Assembly (NCBI GenBank): GCA_039794085.1 | Contig: JBDIWC010000061.1 | Location: 1 to 19,706, forward strand | DNA length: 19,706 bases | Origin: Gemmatimonadales bacterium | GTDB taxonomy: Bacteria > Gemmatimonadota > Gemmatimonadetes > Gemmatimonadales > GWC2-71-9 | Direction: 5' to 3' | In this document: positions 8,834 to 15,248 of the stretch, piece after piece | Layout: each line of letters opens with the position of its first letter | Numbering within the stretch: position 1 is the first letter of the stretch | Notes under the pieces: model-generated | Seen by the model: only the letters and a program-made list of their open reading frames with translations | Told to the model about the DNA's origin: nothing | The model's database searches: none | Made by a program: the position numbers and the translations under genes

Positions 8834-9936
8834 ACGGGAGACGGATCACCATGGGCGTCATTCTGGTTGCGGTCGGGCTCTTCGCCGGGTTCGGCACCGC
8901 GTATCTCGCCTCGGACGACGTCCGATACCTGACCCGGGCCGGGTTGGAGGAAACCCGCATTCTCCGGAACGCCCGACCGCTCAACGCGCTCCTTGCGGAC
9001 GAGACCGTCCCGGAGCCCCGCCGGAACCTGCTTCGTCTTGTCCGCGACGTCCGGCAGCACGCCGACACCATCGGCCTCACGGCGGGAGACACCTACACCA
9101 CGTTCTCCGACGTGGGCCGGGACACCCTCCTTCTCGTCCTCTCGGCCGCACCCCGCGACTGTATCTGCCCCGTCACCTGGAAGTACCCCATCGTGGGACG
9201 GGTGCCCTACAAGGGGTTCTTCGATCCCCGCATGGCTGAGCGGGAACGGGACCGTCTGGTGGCTCGGGGGCACGACACCTCCCTCCGTCCGTCGGCGGCG
9301 TTTTCCACCCTCGGGTGGTTCAAGGACCCCCTGCTCTCCACCGCCCTCTTTCCCGACTCGGTCGAACTGGCGGCGCTGGTGTTCCACGAGATGGCTCACA
9401 ACACCCTGTTCGTGAAGAGTGCCACGGCCTTCAACGAGAGCTTCGCCCAGATGGTCGGGTACCGGGCCGCGGAGCACTTCTTCGCCACCCGGGGCGACTC
9501 CGCCCTGGCGGAGCGGGCCCGCGCCCGCTGGCGGGACGAGATCGTGCTCGGGGAGTATTACGATGCGCTCGTGGGACGCCTCACCCGGTTCTACGAGACG
9601 AAACCCGATTCCGCCACGCTCGATTCCGGCCGTGTGGCCCTCGGGCGGTTGGCTCGGGACCTCCTGCAGGATTCTCTGGCCTCCCGGCTCTCCTTTCCGG
9701 TCGGCCGGCTCGCGGATCGCCCGATCAACAACGCCGCGCTCATCGGAGTTCAGCTCTACCGCACCCATCTCGACTGGTTCGACCGCTTCCACCGGCGCCA
9801 CGACCGTGACCTGGCCAAAACCGTGGAGGCTCTCCGCGCCCTGGTCGGCGACGGATCCGGAGACGACGCCTTCCGCCGTCTGGAGGAAGCTCTCGGTGGT
9901 CCGACTCCGCCGCCTCGGGACAGCGTCCCATCTTGA
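8830..9936 (+). CDS. Predicted zinc aminopeptidase (DUF2265/PF10023-like) with N-terminal membrane anchor or signal peptide
   Basis: W-x-Y-P-I-V-G-x-V-P-Y-K-G-F-F, AFSTLGWFKDPLLST and LVFHEMAH...AFNESFA motifs, plus a hydrophobic N-terminus. Start reassigned to GTG 8830 (GTGA overlap with the barrel stop); ATG 8851 is an alternative. Confidence 0.85.
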   Translation: MNGRRITMGVILVAVGLFAGFGTAYLASDDVRYLTRAGLEETRILRNARPLNALLADETVPEPRRNLLRLVRDVRQHADTIGLTAGDTYTTFSDVGRDTLLLVLSAAPRDCICPVTWKYPIVGRVPYKGFFDPRMAERERDRLVARGHDTSLRPSAAFSTLGWFKDPLLSTALFPDSVELAALVFHEMAHNTLFVKSATAFNESFAQMVGYRAAEHFFATRGDSALAERARARWRDEIVLGEYYDALVGRLTRFYETKPDSATLDSGRVALGRLARDLLQDSLASRLSFPVGRLADRPINNAALIGVQLYRTHLDWFDRFHRRHDRDLAKTVEALRALVGDGSGDDAFRRLEEALGGPTPPPRDSVPS

Positions 9937-10016
9937 CCTGCCGTGCGGGCTCCTCTTACTTCACCCGTTCGCCGCCGCTGCAGCTCCCCCCTTTCTCCGC
10001 CGATCGGACACGTGTC

Positions 10017-11393
10017 ATGGATGAGGCCTTCGTAAGTCGTGAACAGCATCGCATGCTGGCCGAATTGACAGATTTCCTTGCCATCCCGAGCATCAGCACC
10101 GATCCGGCCCGGGCGGACGACTGCCGCCGGGCCGCCGGATGGCTCATGGACCGGCTCCGCCAGCTCGGCTGCCCCGTGGTGGATCTGATCGAGGGGGATG
10201 GCCATCCCGTGGTCTGGGCCGAGGGGCCGACGGTCCCGGACGCGCCGACGCTCCTCATCTATGGGCACTACGACGTCCAGCCGGTTGATCCGGTGGACGA
10301 ATGGATCTCCCCGCCCTTCGAGCCCGCGGTGCGGGATGGCAAACTCTTTGCCCGGGGTGCTGCGGACGACAAGGGCCAGGTGTATTGCCTGCTGCAGGCG
10401 TACGCCGCCGTGCGGGATCAGGATGGCCTTCCCCCTCTCAATGTGCGTTTCCTGATCGAGGGGGAAGAAGAGTGCGGCGGACGGGTCGTCTTCGACCTGC
10501 TCGAGAGCCAGCCCGAACGAACCCGTGCCGACGCCGTCCTCGTCAGCGACATGTCCTACTTCGCCCCGGGGTGGCCCGCAGTCTACACGGCGCTGCGCGG
10601 ACTCTGCTACGCCGAAATCACGGTGCGCACCCTGCAACGGGATCTCCACTCCGGAACTTACGGGGGGGTGGCGCCGAACGCCGTCGAGACCCTGGTCCGT
10701 CTTCTGGCTCGGCTCAAGGAGGCCTCGGGGAAGATCCGCATTCCCAAGCTGTACAAGGCCCTGGAACCGCCCACCCGGGAGGAGCGGAAAGCGTGGCGAG
10801 CCCTCCCCTTCGACGAGGACGAATTCCGCCGGGAGGAGGTCACGGCCGAGGCGTTGACGGGAATCGAAAGCGCGTCGGTGCTGGAGCGGGTCTGGGCCCT
10901 CCCCACCTTCGAAATCCACGGCATCCGAGGGGGGTTCACCGGGGACGGTGCCAAGACCGTCATTCCCGCCCGGGCCACGGCCAAGGTGAGCCTCCGGCTG
11001 GTACCGGGGCTCCCGATGGACAAGGTGGCCCGATGGCTCACCCGGGCGGTCCGGAAAGCGGCACCCTCCTGGGCCAGCGTCGATGTGACCATCCTCCACG
11101 GGGCGGACCCGGTCCAGGTGGACGTGGCCCATCCGGTCTTTGAGGTTCTGGGAGACGCGTTCGAAAGCGTGGTCGGGAGACGCCCCGTCCCCATCCGTGC
11201 GGGAGGATCGATTCCGATCGTTCCCCACCTTGGTATCTCCGGTGCCCCCGTGCTCCTCACCGGAATCGGGCTCCCCGACGATGGATTGCACTCCCCCAAC
11301 GAGAAACTGGACCTGACCCAGCTCTGGGAGGGGACCGCCGTGTACGCCCGGTTCTTCGAACTTCTGGGCGCGCGGGGGAGGGAGAGGACATAG
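10017..11393 (+). CDS. M20 family metallopeptidase (cytosolic dipeptidase-like)
   Basis: YGHYDVQP, ARGAADDKGQ, IEGEEE, DLHSG, GGSIP and HSPNEK motifs; no signal peptide. Start is ATG 10017 or TTG 9933 (the latter overlaps the upstream TGA). Confidence 0.92.
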   Translation: MDEAFVSREQHRMLAELTDFLAIPSISTDPARADDCRRAAGWLMDRLRQLGCPVVDLIEGDGHPVVWAEGPTVPDAPTLLIYGHYDVQPVDPVDEWISPPFEPAVRDGKLFARGAADDKGQVYCLLQAYAAVRDQDGLPPLNVRFLIEGEEECGGRVVFDLLESQPERTRADAVLVSDMSYFAPGWPAVYTALRGLCYAEITVRTLQRDLHSGTYGGVAPNAVETLVRLLARLKEASGKIRIPKLYKALEPPTREERKAWRALPFDEDEFRREEVTAEALTGIESASVLERVWALPTFEIHGIRGGFTGDGAKTVIPARATAKVSLRLVPGLPMDKVARWLTRAVRKAAPSWASVDVTILHGADPVQVDVAHPVFEVLGDAFESVVGRRPVPIRAGGSIPIVPHLGISGAPVLLTGIGLPDDGLHSPNEKLDLTQLWEGTAVYARFFELLGARGRERT

Positions 11394-11484
11394 GACCGAG
11401 GACGTAGGACACAGGGGACCTGTACGGGCGTTGCCGAGCGAAGGTCCCCATGCTCCAGGTCCCAAGTCCTACGTCCTAAGTCCT
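11385..11484. repeat. Inverted heptamer tandem-repeat hairpin A (AGGACNN x4 ... NNGTCCT x3)
   Basis: Left arm: AGGACAT AGGACCG AGGACGT AGGACAC AGGGGACCT (11385-11421). Right arm: AGGTCCCC (11442-11449) ... AGGTCCC AAGTCCT ACGTCCT AAGTCCT (11457-11484). Perfect inverted repeats at 11399-11410/11466-11477 (12 bp) and 11414-11421/11442-11449 (8 bp). Confidence 0.9.
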
Positions 11485-11543
11485 GAGCCGGCACAGCCGG
11501 AACCAAAGAGGCTCCGAGTACCTCTCCCCACCCCCAGAGCCAA

Positions 11544-11639
11544 CCACAAGAAGCACAAAAGGCACAGAAACCTCTTCGCCCCTGGTGGGACCCCATGCGC
11601 ACCGGGGTGTGCCTCTTGTGACTTCTGTGCTTTTTGTGG
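11544..11639. repeat. Inverted 9-mer tandem-repeat hairpin B (REPIN-like doublet)
   Basis: CCACAAGAA GCACAAAAG GCACAGAAA (11544-11570) faces TGTGC CTCTTGTGA CTTCTGTGC TTTTTGTGG (11608-11639). Inner stem CCCTGGTG/CACCGGGG (11580-11587/11600-11607). Confidence 0.9.
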
Positions 11640-11763
11640 CCATTCCCCTTGCACGGCGCGGCCGATGCAATCGCCGTGACCCGAACGGTCGGCGGGGGGG
11701 GGGGGCGGGAGTCGCCCACAATATTGTTGCCGTCTTGCGTTCAATCTTGTTTGTAAGGGACTA

Positions 11764-11791
11764 AAGTCCTAAGCCCTAAGCCCTAAGTCCT
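11764..11791. repeat. Heptamer tandem array AAG(T/C)CCT x4
   Basis: AAGTCCT AAGCCCT AAGCCCT AAGTCCT, with the same core and period as the right arm of hairpin A. Confidence 0.9.
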
Positions 11792-11912
11792 TATTAGTCA
11801 TGCTGTTAATGATTAATTCAAGGTCCCATGCCATCTTGGTACCCGTCCGTGGGAGGGCAACCGGTGTTGATGGCGTGCGGCGTGGCCAGCCCACGGACAT
11901 TCCCACCCAACA

Positions 11913-12020
11913 CGAGGACATGGAACCGAGGACATAGAATCATGTCCTAATGTCCTAGTCCTTTGTCCTATTATGTCCTATATGTCCTATATGTCCTATG
12001 TCCTATGTCCTAAGATGTCC
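11913..12020. repeat. ATGTCCT-core tandem array (10 units, variable spacing) preceded by two inverted AGGACAT units
   Basis: CGAGGACATGGAAC CGAGGACATAGAAT (11913-11940), then nine GTCCT cores plus one GTCC between 11944 and 12020 at spacings 8,6,7,10,9,9,7,7,10. Confidence 0.92.
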
Positions 12021-12028
12021 AAGGGCAG

Positions 12029-12589
12029 TCAGGTCAGCAGGGGATCGTCCGGGGCGACCTGTCGTCCGTGGGTGGGGAACTCAGATTCCGTCCGGGCATG
12101 CAGCTCGTCAATGCCGACGATGGCCCGCACCGAGGCGATGATTCCCGCCACCACGTCGTCCGCCCACCAGGGATCGGGGCGGTTCTCTTCGGGGAGGCTG
12201 GCGGCGGCCGTTTCGAGGAACTGGATGGCGGTGGTGATCCACTCCGCCTGGGCCGATCCCACCAGGGACCACGATCCCGTGGCCCGGAGCTCGAGTTCCG
12301 CCAGGTCGCGCAGCTCCCGGGTGATGTCGGCGCTCACCGAATCGGCGCGGAGACCCTCGGCCACGAGGGCGAGGACCGCATGGCGTTCCGCCTGCTGGGG
12401 TTCGGGGAGTGGCGTCATGTAGTGGCGCTGGTCGGCCACCATTTCGGCCAGGCGGATGCACACCGCTCGGATCGGCGGAGTGAGAGCCGGAGGTGCCTCC
12501 CGCGCCCAGCTCGCCGCGGCGCGGAGGATGCTGTTCACAATGTCTGCGGCCCTGGTCTCGAGGCGCCGGCGGTCTCCGTTCTCAGGCAT
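12029..12589 (-). CDS. Hypothetical protein, 186 aa, predicted all-alpha and soluble
   Basis: ATG start, fills the gap downstream of lipB, has a natural amino-acid composition with amphipathic helical patterning, and has a -10-like TATCAT 6 nt upstream. No family recognised. Confidence 0.7.
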   Translation of the reverse strand: MPENGDRRRLETRAADIVNSILRAAASWAREAPPALTPPIRAVCIRLAEMVADQRHYMTPLPEPQQAERHAVLALVAEGLRADSVSADITRELRDLAELELRATGSWSLVGSAQAEWITTAIQFLETAAASLPEENRPDPWWADDVVAGIIASVRAIVGIDELHARTESEFPTHGRQVAPDDPLLT

Positions 12590-12646
12590 GATGGAATGAT
12601 ATACCCACCCCCATGCGATGGGATCCCCTGGGGCCAGAACTCGCGT

Positions 12647-13357
12647 TCATCTCCTCGGGGACGGGACCGGAGGATCCAGATCCCGGGCCGGGAGGAGGAC
12701 CACAGGGCGGTCGAAGGCGCGGGCGACCGCGTCGAGGAGGGCGACCTCGATGCGGGAATGGAGTGCGGCCGGGTCCGAGCCCGGTTTCTCCCGGGCGACG
12801 CTGGTCATCTCCACCCCGGCGATGCCACAGGGGACGATCCGGTCGAACAGAGCGAGGTCGGTCGAGACGTTGAGCGCAAATCCATGGAACGTCACCCACT
12901 GCTTCACGTGGATGCCGATGCTCGCGATCTTCCTTTCCTCCACCCAGACTCCCGTCAATCCATCCCGGCGTCGGCCGGTGATTCCCACCGCGGCCAGAGT
13001 ATCGATGAGCATCGCTTCCAGGGTGCGGAGATACCAGTGCAGGTCCTGGCGGTAATGGGTCAGGTCGAGGATCGGGTATCCCACCAGTTGCCCCGGTCCA
13101 TGCACGGTCACGTCCCCCCCTCTTTCCACCTCCACGACCTCGAAGCCGCTGGCCCGGAGAGCCTCGGGAGACTGGGGGAGACTCGTGGCGCGGGTCCCCC
13201 GTCCGAGCGTCACGACCGGGGGATGCTGGAGCAGGAGAAGAAGATCCTCGGTGCGGGTTCCGTCACGCCGTTCCTGGCAGAGCCGGCGTTGGAGCTCCAG
13301 CGCCGCCGGGTACTCGACCGTCCCCAGGGTGACCGCCTGGATCGGTCGTCCGGTCAC
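12647..13357 (-). CDS. lipB: Lipoyl(octanoyl) transferase
   Basis: LLLLQHPPVVTLG, ERGGDVTVHGPGQLVGYPIL, GVWV..RKIASIG, HGFALNV and IVPCGI motifs. GTG start overlaps the upstream TGA. Confidence 0.97.
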   Translation of the reverse strand: MTGRPIQAVTLGTVEYPAALELQRRLCQERRDGTRTEDLLLLLQHPPVVTLGRGTRATSLPQSPEALRASGFEVVEVERGGDVTVHGPGQLVGYPILDLTHYRQDLHWYLRTLEAMLIDTLAAVGITGRRRDGLTGVWVEERKIASIGIHVKQWVTFHGFALNVSTDLALFDRIVPCGIAGVEMTSVAREKPGSDPAALHSRIEVALLDAVARAFDRPVVLLPARDLDPPVPSPRR

Positions 13358-13815
13358 GCCGCCGACCGTTGTCGCGCCATCCGGGAGAGCAGGGCGCGCC
13401 CGGCAAGGGCCGCGAGGAGTACGATGATCAGGAGTCCCGCGGGACCGGCGAGACGCTCCGCCGGAATCGTGGTGAGGAAGGCCACCAGGAGAGAGCCGAA
13501 GGCGGCCACCATGCCCAGGCCCCCCTGCCGGTAGGCGGACCCGATCGGCCGGAGAGACAGGAACGTGGTGAGTCCGGCCAGGAAGGGCACGGTGACGGTC
13601 CCGTAGAGGAGCAGGGAGGTGGCCGCCGAATCGAAATCGGGGGTCTCACTCGCCGGCATTCCGGTTTGAAGCTGCCGGACCATCCAGAGCAGTCCGGCGA
13701 AGAGCCCGGTGCCCACCGTCACCCCGAAGAGGATTCCCGAAAAGGCGAGCCCGACGTAGTCCCGGGTGGGAGCGTCGGGCCCGTAGGGATGAAGCGGCGC
13801 CCGCGGATCGGTCAC
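13354..13815 (-). CDS. Hypothetical integral membrane protein, 153 aa, about 4 TM helices
   Basis: GTG 13815 overlaps the lpdA stop and TGA 13354 overlaps the lipB start. Four hydrophobic segments (VGLAFSGILFGVTVGTGLFAGLLW; LLLYGTVTVPFLAGLTTFLSL; GGLGMVAAFGSLLVAFLTTI; AGLLIIVLLAALAG) and an Arg-rich C-tail. The 14115 start in the ORF track is a shadow extension inside lpdA. Confidence 0.8.
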   Translation of the reverse strand: MTDPRAPLHPYGPDAPTRDYVGLAFSGILFGVTVGTGLFAGLLWMVRQLQTGMPASETPDFDSAATSLLLYGTVTVPFLAGLTTFLSLRPIGSAYRQGGLGMVAAFGSLLVAFLTTIPAERLAGPAGLLIIVLLAALAGRALLSRMARQRSAA

Positions 13816-15209
13816 GTGTGGATGACGCGTCCGAGCGAGTCGAGACACGCCTCTGCGATGGCCTCGGAGAGGGTGGGGTGCGCATGCACTGCGAGGTCCA
13901 CCTCCTCCACCGTGTACTCGTTTTCCCGGGCCACCAGGAGCTCGTGAATCATCTCGGAGGCGTGGGCCCCGACGATGTGGGCCCCGAGGATCTCGCCGAA
14001 CGTCGTGCCGCGGATGATCTTGACGAAACCGTCTGTGTCGCCCGAGGTCCGCGCGCGCCCGTTGGCGGAGAAGGGGAAGCGGCCCACCTGGAATTCGAGC
14101 TTGCGCTCCGTGCACTGCTCTTCGGTCAGGCCGATGCTGGCGACTTCGGGGTGGCAGTACGTGACGCTCGGGATGTTGTCGTAGGTGATGGGATGGGGGG
14201 TCTTTCCCGCCACCCGCTCGGCCACGTTGACCCCCTCCCTGCTCCCCTTGTGGGCCAGCATCGGCGGTCCCGCCACGTCCCCGATGGCGTAGACGCCCTC
14301 GGCGTCGGTCTCGAGCGTGTCGAGGTTGACCTTGATGAATCCCTGTTTCGTGAGCGTCACTCCGGCCGTTTCCAGGCCGAGATCCTCCGTGTTGACGGCG
14401 CGCCCCGCGGCCATCAGAACCCCGTCCACGGTGACCGTCTTCGTGGTTCCACCCGCCTCGATGGTCAGGGTGACCTCCGCCTCTCCAACCTCCGCTTTGG
14501 TCACCTTGGCTCCCGCCAGCACCTCGATCTTCCGCTTCTTGTAGCTCTTGGCCAAGGCGTCACTCGCGTCGGCATCCTCGAGCGGGAGGATCCGGGGCAA
14601 CGCCTCCACCAGCGTCACCGTGCTGCCGAAGGCATTGAAGATGTCCGCAAATTCGCATCCCACGGCGCCGGCTCCCACGATGGCGAGCCGCGGCGGGGCC
14701 TTCTCCAGAAAGAGGGCCTCGTCCGAGCTGAAGACGGTGGTGCCGTTGAGACCGAGCCCGATGGCGGGAATGCCCTTGACGCGGGAGCCGGTGGCGATCA
14801 CGACCGCGCGGGTGGCGGTGTGCACCTCGTCTCCCACTCTGACCGTACGCCCCTTCTGGAGCACGCCGGTGCCGCGCAGCACGGTCACCTTGTTCTTCTT
14901 CATGAGGAACTCGACGCCCTTCGAGTTCTGCTCCGAGACCTTGCGGGAGCGCTTCATCGCCACCCCGTAATGGGTCGTGACGGGCCCCGTCTCGATGCCG
15001 AGGTCGGCGGCCTGGTGCCGGATGGTGTTGGCCATGAGGGCGCTGTGCAGAAGTGCCTTGGTCGGGATGCAGCCGATGTTGACACACACACCGCCGAGCT
15101 TCTCCTTCTCCACCACCGCCACGGACAGTCCGAGTTGGGCCGCGCGGATGGCGCAGACGTATCCGGCGGGTCCGCCGCCGATCACGATCAGGTCAAAGGT
15201 GCTTGCCAC
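13812..15209 (-). CDS. lpdA: Dihydrolipoyl dehydrogenase (E3)
   Basis: IGGGPAGY FAD-binding motif, GGVCVNIGCIPTK redox disulfide, GAGAVG NAD-binding motif, YAIGDV and HAHPTLSE. Confidence 0.98.
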   Translation of the reverse strand: MASTFDLIVIGGGPAGYVCAIRAAQLGLSVAVVEKEKLGGVCVNIGCIPTKALLHSALMANTIRHQAADLGIETGPVTTHYGVAMKRSRKVSEQNSKGVEFLMKKNKVTVLRGTGVLQKGRTVRVGDEVHTATRAVVIATGSRVKGIPAIGLGLNGTTVFSSDEALFLEKAPPRLAIVGAGAVGCEFADIFNAFGSTVTLVEALPRILPLEDADASDALAKSYKKRKIEVLAGAKVTKAEVGEAEVTLTIEAGGTTKTVTVDGVLMAAGRAVNTEDLGLETAGVTLTKQGFIKVNLDTLETDAEGVYAIGDVAGPPMLAHKGSREGVNVAERVAGKTPHPITYDNIPSVTYCHPEVASIGLTEEQCTERKLEFQVGRFPFSANGRARTSGDTDGFVKIIRGTTFGEILGAHIVGAHASEMIHELLVARENEYTVEEVDLAVHAHPTLSEAIAEACLDSLGRVIHT

Positions 15210-15248
15210 GTCACACTCCGTCGTAGGATGTCAGGTCGCCCGGGTTCA

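Noticed and set aside
11431..11744. Small ORFs with HKKHKRH / FCAFCASC / CASCDFC patterns suggesting metal-binding peptides
   Set aside because: The His and Cys periodicity is simply the translation of the 9-mer CACA/TGTG repeats; there is no convincing RBS.
11771..11791. Telomere-like (CTTAGGG)n repeat
   Set aside because: Only two TTAGGG units, internal to bacterial DNA, and better explained as variants of the local AAGTCCT heptamer.
11385..12020. CRISPR array
   Set aside because: The units are 7-9 nt with no 23-47 nt repeats, no unique spacers and no cas genes.
11718..12020. Replication origin, iterons or dif site
   Set aside because: No DnaA boxes (TTATCCACA), no rep gene and no convincing XerC/XerD arms were seen.
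11973..12422. Plus-strand ORF beginning MSYMSYMSY
   Set aside because: The start codons arise from the ATGTCCT array, and the rest is antisense to the 186-aa ORF.
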